From positions 99,095 to 163,094 of the forward strand of contig CAWFNG010000008.1 of the NCBI GenBank assembly GCA_963817135.1: a DNA stretch of 64,000 nt. The letters are read 5' to 3'. Source of the stretch: an uncultured Alphaproteobacteria bacterium. Lineage in GTDB: Bacteria > Pseudomonadota > Alphaproteobacteria > Rhizobiales > Xanthobacteraceae. The notes under the pieces are model-generated. The model saw nothing but the letters and a program-made list of their open reading frames with translations, was not told where the DNA came from and did no database searches. Positions 48,508-57,641 of the stretch are shown here, piece after piece. The first letter of the stretch is position 1. Every line of letters begins with the position of its first letter. A program made the position numbers and the translations under genes.

Positions 48508-48661
48508 GGGGGGCCGGATGATGGTTCGCATTTTTTCACGGGTGGAAGCGCGCGCACGCGGCTCTTGCTCTGCGGTGCTCGTCAAACCATCTCTGCTCGC
48601 GTGCAGCTGCCGCAGTCTTCAAGACCGATCCACCAAAACCGGCGCTCAGGGGGATTGAGCT

Positions 48662-51600
48662 ATGGCTCTCTACGACGCCTTCGTCTCCTATAGCTATGCC
48701 AACGACAAATCCGTCGCGTCGGCGCTGCAAACGACGGTGCAGAAGCTCGGCAAGCTCTGGTACCGGAGGAGGGCGCTGCGCCTTTTCGCGACGACACCAG
48801 CCTCGCCGCCGCGCCGCAGCTTTGGCCGACGATCGAGCGGGCGCTCGGAAGAGTCGCTCCACTTCATATTGCTCGCCTCTCCGCAAGCCGCCGCCTCGAA
48901 ATGGGTCAACAAGGAGGTTGCGTACTGGCTGGATCATAATTCCATCGACACACTGCTCATCGGCGTCACCCATGGCGAGCTGTTCTGGGACGACACGGCC
49001 GGCGACTTCGCCGCCCGGCGGAATCTGCCGCTGCCCTCCGTGCTTGCTGGCCGGTTTCCGAGCGAGCCGAGTTGGGTCGACCTGCGCGCCTACCGGGATG
49101 GTGCGGACAAGCGCGATGCGAAGCTCACCGAGCTTGCGGCCGACTTCGCCGCTGCCATCCGTGGTATTCCGAAAGAGGATTTGCTGTCACAGGAAGTTCG
49201 CCAGCAGCGGCGCGCCCTCACCCTGGCCTGGTCGGCGGTGGGCCTCTTGCTCGTTCTCGCCGCCGGCGCCACCGGCGCGGGCGTCCTCGCCTATCGCGCC
49301 AGCAGCAGGCGGTGTGTGCCGAGCAGCAAGCCCTCGCCGAGCGCGATACCGCGACCCGCAACTTCAAGCTCGCGAAAGCGACTGCCGACAGCCTGGTGCG
49401 CGACATCGCGATCGATCTGCGCGATGAGCCGGGAATGCGATGAACTCGATTTGGAAAATTCTGGAAACCGCGCGAACGACCTACGAGACGCTGGCGGATG
49501 CGGCGCCGGACGATGTCTCCTTGCAGCAAAGCCGCGCCGGGATGCTGCATGAATTTGGCAGCACGTATGAAAGGCTCGGTGACCTGGGCCAAGCGCTCGC
49601 GACCTATCGCGAGGATCTTGCCATCAGCACGGCAGCTGGCCGCGCGCGACAGCAACCCCCAGCGCAAGCTCGGCATTGCGTCGGCCAACCTCGCGATCGG
49701 CGATGTCCTCAGGGAGCAGGGGCAATTCGATGCAGCAGTTGCAGCCTATCGCGCGGGGCTGGCGACTAGAGCGGGCATTGGCCGAGCCGGATCGAAGCAG
49801 CGCGGCTTGGCAGCGCTACGTGGCGTGGTTCACGGAGCGCATTGGCGACGTGCTCCGGAAGCAGGGCCGGCTGGATGAAGCGCTCGCTGCATTTCGCGAC
49901 TACCTCACGATGCAAGGCCAGGCCGCTCGCAATGAGAGCGACGACGTTTCGCAGGATTGATGATAGCCTACGACCGAATAGGCAGCGTGTTGGAAACGCA
50001 GGGCAAGCTCGATGAAGCGTTGGGGACCTATCGGGAGAGCCTCGCCATCAACGAGCGCATGGCTGCGCTGAAGGCAGCGGCATGGGGGCGCAGCACGGCC
50101 CGCCGTCGCCCACGGGCAGATCGGGGACGTGCTGCGTACCAAGGGTCGCCTCGATGAGGCGCTCCAGGCTTATCGGGACGCTTTTGCGATCGACGAGCGC
50201 GTCGCCGCCGCCGATCCGAGCAACATTGTTCGACAGGGCCAACTCGAACACTGGTCGATCAGCATCGGCGACGTGCTGCGCGAACAAGGCAAGCTCGGCG
50301 ACGCCCTGAAAGCCTACCGTGCAAGTCTTGCCGTAAGGGAGCGCCTCGCTGCTGCCGATCCCAGCAACATGGAGTGGCAGCGCAACCTCATCATCGCTCA
50401 CAATCGGATCGGCAACCTGCTGGGGGATAAAAATCGGCAGGACGAGGCGATTGCCGCCTATCGCAAGAGCCTCGAATTGGCGCAGAGTCTTGCCGCCCGC
50501 GATCCCGATCATGCGCAATGGCAGGACGACCTTTTCGTTGGCTACGAAAATCTGGGCCGTCAATTGGCGCACGTCGATCGCAATGAGGAGGCGCTCGAAG
50601 CCTACCGCAACAGCCTCGCCATCGCAGAAAAGCTCGTCGCCAAGTCGGGCGGAAATCCCAGGTGGCAGTTGAAACTCTCGGGCGCCTATTATGGGATCGC
50701 CAACCTGCTGGTGGATGATCCCACCAGGCACGAGGAGGCGTTGGCAACCTATCAGAAGAGCCTCGCAATTCGCCAGCAACTCGTCGCGGCCGATCCGAGC
50801 AACACGGAATGGCAGAACTACCTGGGCGTAAACTACTCGGGCCTCGCCAAGATGCTGGTCGACGCTGGCGCGCGCGAGGAGGGGCTTGAGAACTATCGCG
50901 CCGCGGCGGGCATCTGGGAGCGTCTTGTTGCGCTCGACGGCAGCAATGTCCAATGGCAAACGCGGCTGCGCTGGATGTACAACGATATCGCCGACATCCT
51001 GAAAGGCCGCGGTGAGCTTGACGCTGCACTCCAACTCTACCGCCAAGGCTTTGCCATCGCAGCGCGCCTCGCCGCCGCCGATCCGGACAATATCGAGAGG
51101 GGGCGCGCTCTCGCGCTCGCGCACGAAAACATCGGCCACGTGCTCGAGAAGGAGGGCAAGCACGACGACGCCTTTGCGGCCTACGGCGAGAGCCTGGCGA
51201 TCCGCGAGCGTCTCGCCGCGGCTGACCCGGGCAGCACGCAAAGGCAGCGCGAGCTCTCTGTGGTGAACGAGCGCCTGGGCGATATCTATCTAAAACAAGG
51301 CAAGCTCGACGAAGCACTCAGGCAGTACCGTACCAGTCTCGATCGCATGAGTGCTCTGCGTGATGCCGGCCCCTTCAATGCTGATCTGCAGCGTTTCACC
51401 GCCGTCACCCTGACCAATATCGCCAAAATCCTCGGTCGCCAGGGCAGGCTCGACGACGCGGTCAAAGCCGACCGCGACAGCACCGAGCTGCGCACGCGCC
51501 TGGCAGCGAGCAATTCAAACAACGCAAAGTGGCAGCGTGAGCTTGCAGTGTCCCACTACAATGAGGGGGACATCCTCAAGGCGCAGGGTAAGCTCGATGA

Positions 51601-53023
51601 GACGCTTGTGGCTTACCGCAGCGGACACGCAATATGGGAGCGCCTCGTCGCCGCCGACCCAAGCAATGCCGATTGGCAGAGCGATCTTTGGACTTCTAAC
51701 AACAAAATCGCGGGTGTGCTGAAATCCCAGGGCAAGGTGCTCGAAGCGCTGCAAGCGTATCAAAGTGCGCTTGCCATTTCCCAGCGGCTCGCCTCCTTGA
51801 ACGCAGCGAATACTGTCTGGCAGAGCGATCTGGCAAGCTCCTACGAGAATGTCGGCGCGCTGCAGTTAGCGCAGGGTAAGCTGGACGATGCGCGTGATGC
51901 TTACGGGCACGGTGTTGCCGTCCGGGAACTGCTGACAACCAACACTCCAGCAAACACGCAATGGCAGCGTGGTCTTTCGGTCGCGCACAACCAACTCGGG
52001 TATGTTCTCCAGCAGCAAGGCAATTGGAACGATGCGCTGCGCGAATACAGGGATGGATTGATCGCCATCCAGCGGGCTGTTGATGCTGAGCCGACCGAAC
52101 TGCAATGGCAGTGGGACCTGGCCTTTTCTCAAAGCAAGATTGCCGACGCGCTGTTTACGCTTGGCAAGGATGAGGATGCGCTTGCGGCGCACCGCGAGGC
52201 GGCCAGAATGCGCGAAAGTGTTGTCGCTGCCGAGCCGGGTAATCCTCGGTTGCAGCATTCTCTCTTCAGTTCATACGAAAGAATAGGCAATATTCTTTTT
52301 CAACAGAAAAAGTTTGCCGATGCGCTGGAAATGTACCGCATCGGTCTGGCCATCGCCGAGCATATTGCGCCGAACGATCGCGGCAACCTCGGTCTGCAGC
52401 ACGACCTTGCGCTCATGTATGAGAAGGTCGGTCGTGGGATCAAAGCGCAGGGCAAGCCCGACGACGCGATGAAACCCTTCATCGACTCGTTAGCGGTACG
52501 AGAGCGTCTGGCCGCAGCGCACCCCGCAGATGCAGAGTTGCAAACCGAGCTTGCAGGCATTCACAGTCTCATCGGCGAACTGATGAGCGCCAAAAAAGAT
52601 TTCGCGGCGGCAATCGAAAGGTATAGCAAGGCGATTATCATCGCGCCCGCGCTTGCCGCGCCTTGGAATTCACGCTGCTGGGATCGGGCGCTGCTTGGCC
52701 AACTGGAGACCGCACTTGCTGATTGCAATGAAGCGCTGCGGCTTCAGCCTGTCAGTGCCAACGCTCTGGATAGCCGCGGCTTCGTCTATCTCAAGCTCGG
52801 CCAATTCGACAAAGCGGTCGCGGATTATGATGCGGCCCTTAGGCTCGATCCGAAACAGCCGTTTTCGCTTTACGGACGCGGCCTCGCCAAGCTTAAGAAG
52901 GGAGACCGCAGCGGCGGCGAGGACCTGACTGCAGCACTCAGGATGCAACCGGACATCGCAGAGGAATTCGCCCGTTATGGCGTTACGGGTCACCGCGAGC
53001 TCGGGCTGGCCAAGAGCCCATGA
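48662..53023 (+). pseudogene. TIR domain - TM helix - ~22 x 42-aa TPR-like repeats + 3 canonical TPRs; about nine frame changes in the first 1.45 kb
   Basis: TIR-like N-terminus (ALYDAFVSYSYANDKS.., ..HFILLASPQAAASKWVNKEVAYWL). TM helix LTLAWSAVGLLLVLAAGATGAGVLAY. The repeat unit is ..AAADPSN..WQRDL......IGDVL..QGKLDEAL.AYR.SLAI.ERL. The protein reads continuously only by switching among ORFs 48662-, 49072-, 49440-, 49498-, 49676-, 49957-, 50082- and 50129-53023. Confidence 0.6.
50129..53023 (+). CDS. intact 964-codon TPR-repeat ORF (3' two-thirds of the TIR-TPR gene)
   Basis: Uninterrupted ORF of 17 long TPR-like units plus C-terminal classical TPRs. The GTG at 50129 is only a formal start, because homology-like periodicity continues upstream in other frames. 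Confidence 0.5.
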   Translation: MLRTKGRLDEALQAYRDAFAIDERVAAADPSNIVRQGQLEHWSISIGDVLREQGKLGDALKAYRASLAVRERLAAADPSNMEWQRNLIIAHNRIGNLLGDKNRQDEAIAAYRKSLELAQSLAARDPDHAQWQDDLFVGYENLGRQLAHVDRNEEALEAYRNSLAIAEKLVAKSGGNPRWQLKLSGAYYGIANLLVDDPTRHEEALATYQKSLAIRQQLVAADPSNTEWQNYLGVNYSGLAKMLVDAGAREEGLENYRAAAGIWERLVALDGSNVQWQTRLRWMYNDIADILKGRGELDAALQLYRQGFAIAARLAAADPDNIERGRALALAHENIGHVLEKEGKHDDAFAAYGESLAIRERLAAADPGSTQRQRELSVVNERLGDIYLKQGKLDEALRQYRTSLDRMSALRDAGPFNADLQRFTAVTLTNIAKILGRQGRLDDAVKADRDSTELRTRLAASNSNNAKWQRELAVSHYNEGDILKAQGKLDETLVAYRSGHAIWERLVAADPSNADWQSDLWTSNNKIAGVLKSQGKVLEALQAYQSALAISQRLASLNAANTVWQSDLASSYENVGALQLAQGKLDDARDAYGHGVAVRELLTTNTPANTQWQRGLSVAHNQLGYVLQQQGNWNDALREYRDGLIAIQRAVDAEPTELQWQWDLAFSQSKIADALFTLGKDEDALAAHREAARMRESVVAAEPGNPRLQHSLFSSYERIGNILFQQKKFADALEMYRIGLAIAEHIAPNDRGNLGLQHDLALMYEKVGRGIKAQGKPDDAMKPFIDSLAVRERLAAAHPADAELQTELAGIHSLIGELMSAKKDFAAAIERYSKAIIIAPALAAPWNSRCWDRALLGQLETALADCNEALRLQPVSANALDSRGFVYLKLGQFDKAVADYDAALRLDPKQPFSLYGRGLAKLKKGDRSGGEDLTAALRMQPDIAEEFARYGVTGHRELGLAKSP

Positions 53024-53679
53024 TAAGGGACGTGTACCGTGGATGGCCTCCATCACTTAAGCGACCACCTCAAGAAGGGTCTAAGGGACGTAGTACTAAG
53101 CTGTATTGCAGAAGGTATTTTCCGTCGTGCGGTGACTTCCCCGCAGAGGGGGTACGTTGCGCGTTCCCGTTGTTGCGCAGGCTGTTCAATGCGCCTTAGC
53201 AGCAGCGTGGGCGCAGTGTGGGACAATCAAAAGTTCCTCATCTGTTGTGGTTTGCGGACAGTCATAGAAGCCTCGCCGCTCATCCCGTCACTGGCTCGTG
53301 GCCTGCAGGCCATAGCGCTTCAGTAAGCTTCCTTGGTTCGCTGCACCTGCTCAGGTCTCCTCTTGGCACTTCGCTACAGGCACAAAAACATCGAAATGAC
53401 GGTCGCTATTGGAGGTGCTCCGGACATGAATCGACTTGCGGCTTGGTGTGCCTCCGACGCGAATGATCCCGAGCCGACATGCGCGGTTCAGGATTTTTGC
53501 AGCGCAACTTGACCCCTGAACCCCATTTCACCGGTCGTTATTTCCTGTTTTGATGGCGTGAGCTGAGAGCCACATTTGGCGTGGTCCTGAGCCTCGGGGA
53601 GGCAATGAGACGCCGCGATTTCATCAAAGTAATCATACGGTCTTCATCGAAAATCAGAAATCGGAGTGATGCTGAGAAA

Positions 53680-54639
53680 ATGTCCAAGCACAACGCGGTG
53701 GTGGGGTTCGTCGGGCTGGGTACCATGGGCGGCCGGATGGCGGCCAACCTGGAAAAGGCGGGCTTCAGGCTCATCGTGCACGACTTGCACAGGCAGGCGG
53801 CGAGCCATCAGGTTAATGCCGGCGCTATCTGGGCAGACAGCCCGCGTGCGCTCGCAAGCCAGGCCGACGTGATCTTCTCCTCGTTGCCGGAGCCGACCGA
53901 TGTGGAGGCTGTCGCGCTCGGGCCGGACGGACTCATCGCTGGCATCAGGCCCGGTGCCGCCTATTTCGACCTGTCGACCAATTCGCCGAGCGTCGTTAAA
54001 AAGCTGCACGCTGCCTTTGCCGAGAAGGGCGCGCACATGCTGGACGCGCCGGTGAGCGGCGGTCCGGCAGGCGCGGCATCCCGCAAGCTCGCGATCTGGG
54101 TCGGCGGGGACGAAAGCGTCTTCAACCGGCACAAGACTGTGCTCGACGCGATGGGTGACAAGGCCGCCTATATCGGGCCCATCGGCAGCGCCACGGTAGC
54201 CAAGCTCGTTCACAACATGTCGGGCTATGCGATCGTCTGTGCGCTCGCTGAAACCTTCAGCCTGGGCGTGAAGGCGGGCGTCGAGCCGCTCGCGCTCTGG
54301 CAGGCGGTTCGCCAAGGCGCGGCTGGACGTCGTTTTACATTCGATGCCTTGATCGACCAGTTTCTGCCCGGCAAGTACGATCCGCCCGCCTTCACGCTCA
54401 AGCTTGCCCACAAGGACGTTTCGCTTGCCAACGCTCTCGGCCGCGAGCTGGGCATGCCCATGCGCATGTGCAATCTGGCGCTCGCCGAGATGACGGAAGC
54501 TCTCGCGCGCGGATGGGGCGGCCGCGATTCGCGCTCGGTGATGCTCCTCCAACAGGAACGCGCCGGTGTCGAAATCGCCGTGCATCCCGAGCGGTTACGC
54601 GAAGCGCTCGCGCCCGCCGTCCCGAAGGACAGCGCATAG
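53680..54639 (+). CDS. NAD(P)-dependent oxidoreductase, 3-hydroxyisobutyrate/6-phosphogluconate dehydrogenase-like (HIBADH family)
   Basis: Rossmann motif VGFVGLGTMGGRMAANL, then ..DAPVSGG..A..G.L.I.VGG.., ..KL.HN.. Start at the MSKHNAVV ATG (53680). Confidence 0.85.
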   Translation: MSKHNAVVGFVGLGTMGGRMAANLEKAGFRLIVHDLHRQAASHQVNAGAIWADSPRALASQADVIFSSLPEPTDVEAVALGPDGLIAGIRPGAAYFDLSTNSPSVVKKLHAAFAEKGAHMLDAPVSGGPAGAASRKLAIWVGGDESVFNRHKTVLDAMGDKAAYIGPIGSATVAKLVHNMSGYAIVCALAETFSLGVKAGVEPLALWQAVRQGAAGRRFTFDALIDQFLPGKYDPPAFTLKLAHKDVSLANALGRELGMPMRMCNLALAEMTEALARGWGGRDSRSVMLLQQERAGVEIAVHPERLREALAPAVPKDSA

Positions 54640-54808
54640 CCCCGCCTGATGGCAGTGAACGGGCGCGCTCCCTTGGCGGACTTTCGCTGGGCGGAGGTAG
54701 GCAGGAGGTATTGCGGCATCCATATCCCGCTGACCGGCTCAAGCTTGCCAGCCGCGTCAACGTGTAGTCGAGATAATGTTGCCCGGGGGCGTAGGAAGGA
54801 AGCGGGTC

Positions 54809-54934
54809 ATGAAGATCGATGGAGGTTGCCACTGTTGCTACATCACCTATGAGGCGCAGATCGATCTCGCAGAGCTGGCTGGGCCAGCTGGGTTCCATCC
54901 CGAAGATCGAAAAGCAACCCGTCTTTGACCAAAG
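54809..54934 (+). pseudogene. truncated GFA-family (glutathione-dependent formaldehyde-activating-like) gene remnant
   Basis: AGGAAGGA RBS, then MKIDGGCHCCYITYEAQIDL.., the typical GFA N-terminus. It stops after 41 codons and the rest of the Cys-rich fold is missing. Confidence 0.3.
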
Positions 54935-54999
54935 CGGCGGGATCGCTTGAGGGCTGCTTATGTGCAGTGGCACGAAGTGCGAGTGTCGCCTCATCCTGG

Positions 55000-56274
55000 T
55001 TAGCGAGCAATCAAACCAATAGTATTCTGACCGCCTTCTTGTGCAGTAGGATCAAGCGTAAATAGCTCCTGAGGGTGTGTGACGCCGCGCAGCGCGTATC
55101 GTCCTACCGAAACGAGGCGGCGGTTCATGCCGCCGACATTGGCAAACGCCGACGACATCAGAACGGGCTGATCGACCGAACGGCACATCGCTGCAATGCG
55201 GCTTGCTTCGTTCACCGCCGGGCCAGTGACGGTAAAGTCCAGCCGCTCGCGGCTTCCGACATTGCCATAGAAAACTTCGCCGACATGCAAACCGAGATAC
55301 ATGTCGGTTATGGGCTTGCTGTCGGCCACCCGGCGCCTGTTCAATTCGATAATGCCCTCGCGCGCAGCGACCGCCGCGGACAATGCCGCGCCGCATGCGT
55401 GCGTGCGATATTCCGCGGGAAAGATGGCAAGCGTACCGTCGCCGATCAGCTTGAGTACATCACCGCCATGCTCGTGAATTGCAGAGACGATCGCATCGGA
55501 GTAGTCGTTCAGTAAGGGGATTACCTGTTCCGGTGCAGTGTCGGTGATACGCGTGAACCCTCGCAAATCGCTGAACCAAATGACAGCCTCAATTCGCTCG
55601 GCAATTCCCCGCACGATCCGTCCGCTGAGCACGCGCCGACCGGCGTCGCGACCGAGATACGTTTCCATCAGCGTTCCGGTCATGCGCGCGAGCGATACCG
55701 ATTTGATGGCGAGCGCGAGATATGGCGCGATGCGCTGAAGCGCGGCAATTTGCTCGTCGCCGAACCCATCGGGTACCCTTGTCGCCCATGACGAGTACAC
55801 GCCATCCATCTCGCCGATGGTACCTTCAGCGGCAAAGCGGCTGATTATCGCGACGTAGTCGGTCATCCCCGCTGCGCGCAGGTCTGCCAGCACCGCGAAC
55901 TCGTCTTTGGTTGTGGCGTTCAGGCGCCGGCGCAGAAACGAGCCGCCAGTTTGTAGCATCTTGTAGAATGGGCTGCGTCTCCAGCGCTCGGCCGCCTCGA
56001 CATCCTGCGGATCGGAGCCGGACGCAGCGAGCGCGTCTGGGCTGGTGCGGCCGTATTCGACCAGTGGCGATTCGGTGGGGCCATAGCCCCAGCGGAACAC
56101 GCGGCCCTCGTGGACTGGGTGCAGCGTGTCAATGAGCACTAGAGCGCGAGCAAGCGGGAGCCCAGCCTCGACGCAACGGTCGCAAAACCCAGACACGATG
56201 TCGGTTTCTGACGTGCCGGCGAGGCCAGCGTGGGTCAGCCATGCTGACAATTCGGCGAAAAAGGCTTCGTTCAT
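55000..56274 (-). CDS. class III adenylate/guanylate cyclase with N-terminal sensor-like domain
   Basis: CYCc catalytic core ..VIWFSDLRGFTRI..LKLIGDGTLAIF..LHVGEVFYGNVGS..RLDFTVTGPAVNEASRI... Confidence 0.85.
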   Translation of the reverse strand: MNEAFFAELSAWLTHAGLAGTSETDIVSGFCDRCVEAGLPLARALVLIDTLHPVHEGRVFRWGYGPTESPLVEYGRTSPDALAASGSDPQDVEAAERWRRSPFYKMLQTGGSFLRRRLNATTKDEFAVLADLRAAGMTDYVAIISRFAAEGTIGEMDGVYSSWATRVPDGFGDEQIAALQRIAPYLALAIKSVSLARMTGTLMETYLGRDAGRRVLSGRIVRGIAERIEAVIWFSDLRGFTRITDTAPEQVIPLLNDYSDAIVSAIHEHGGDVLKLIGDGTLAIFPAEYRTHACGAALSAAVAAREGIIELNRRRVADSKPITDMYLGLHVGEVFYGNVGSRERLDFTVTGPAVNEASRIAAMCRSVDQPVLMSSAFANVGGMNRRLVSVGRYALRGVTHPQELFTLDPTAQEGGQNTIGLIAR

Positions 56275-56528
56275 ATCGCGATGTTCGAGATGTGGGCAGT
56301 ATTTTTAGCACGCATCATCATGATGGCCACACCGTACAATGAGGTCGATTCTTCATTCGTGCGTCAAACAGAAGCGACACCGCGGGGCGTGGTGAGGACG
56401 GCCGAGCAAAGTGCTTCCGCGCGTCCTCGCCCCTCTCCGGCGTAGGTCAGCACCGCGCAAACTGCCAGCGAGGCTCCAATGAAGTGCTGAAACGAATGAC
56501 TGTCATGGCGGCCTCAAGTAGGGCATCG

Positions 56529-57221
56529 CTAGAAGCGGAGATTGAAGCCGGCCTTTAGCTCCTGCAGCTTTAGATCAATGTCTAGCGCGTCGGTCACCAG
56601 CACCGGGCCCGTCGGGGTTTGGGACACTGTGCCGAAGCCGAGATAGTCATACTCGATCTTGGCTGACCAATTCCGCGAGATTGCATATTCCACACCTGCG
56701 CCCGCGGTCCATCCTACACGCAATGCGTCAGATGTGGCGACGTTGGCAAACGCATCGGTGACGGTGCTGGAGTTGTGCGCAAGCGCCACACCTGCCTTGC
56801 CATATACAAGTAAACGCTCGAATGCCAGTCCAGCCCGGCCGGTAAACGTTGCGGAGAAATTGACCCGCATGTTGAGATTGTCCCCGGATCCATCTGCAGT
56901 ACTGCTGTTTACGCTCAGCCAGGTGAAATCGGTCTCGCAGCCAAGGACGCCATATCCTCTTTGGAAATTGTAACCGACCCCGCCGCCGATCGCATATCCA
57001 CTGGACGACGGCAATGCACTGGAAAACCCGGTAACCGGATCGCTCCACGTGGAGCTTCCCCACGCCGAGCCCGCGTGAATGCCAATATACGCTCCAGTCC
57101 AGGTGAAAGTATCGACGGTGCTGATGACGTTGCCCGGTGCGACCGGAATATCAGCTGCAGTGGCAGGCATAGCCGCAAACCCAAGACACAAACCGGCGAT
57201 GCTCAACATGAGTTCCTGCAA
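56529..57221 (-). CDS. outer-membrane beta-barrel protein (Omp25/Omp31/RopB-like porin family)
   Basis: Signal peptide ..GFAAMPATA, W/Y/G-rich alternating strands (..WTGAYIGIHAGSAWG.., ..VGWTAGAGVEYAI..NWSAKIEYDYLGFG..), and terminal ..FNLRF. Confidence 0.8.
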   Translation of the reverse strand: MQELMLSIAGLCLGFAAMPATAADIPVAPGNVISTVDTFTWTGAYIGIHAGSAWGSSTWSDPVTGFSSALPSSSGYAIGGGVGYNFQRGYGVLGCETDFTWLSVNSSTADGSGDNLNMRVNFSATFTGRAGLAFERLLVYGKAGVALAHNSSTVTDAFANVATSDALRVGWTAGAGVEYAISRNWSAKIEYDYLGFGTVSQTPTGPVLVTDALDIDLKLQELKAGFNLRF

Positions 57222-57464
57222 CCGTCCTTGCCATATTCCCCCTCCGATATGCGAACATCGACCGTGCCGGCATGAGCGGGATACTTTGCAGCTCAGCTGA
57301 TTGACCGAGATGTCCGCTCGTTATCTGTCATTCCAGGACTTCATACTGGTGTCGGACACCTGACGATACGCTTACGGCAACATTACAAACTGGTAAGCCC
57401 GTTCTAATTCTGTGCTTAGTGACTTTTTTGCACCGTGCGACTGGCAAATGATTGCGATTGAGAC

Positions 57465-57641
57465 TCACCACAGCGGTGGGAGTTCGTCCTGATGCCCGGA
57501 TGAAACACCAAGTTCCGTGGACGGCGGGACGGTTTCCACATGATGAGCGTAGCTCAATAGAAGTCGGGCACTAAGGATGACTGCGCATATCGCGAGCAGC
57601 AATGCAAGTTTGATCAGACGATAATGGAATGGAGGAGTCAT
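57465..57641 (-). CDS. unannotated 58-aa single-TM ORF translationally coupled to the histidine kinase
   Basis: Its ATG overlaps the kinase stop as ATGA (57638-57641). Hand translation: MTPPFHYRLIKLALLLAICAVILSARLLLSYAHHVETVPPSTELGVSSGHQDELPPLW. It falls below the 60-aa cut-off of the ORF track. Confidence 0.3.
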   Translation of the reverse strand: MTPPFHYRLIKLALLLAICAVILSARLLLSYAHHVETVPPSTELGVSSGHQDELPPLW

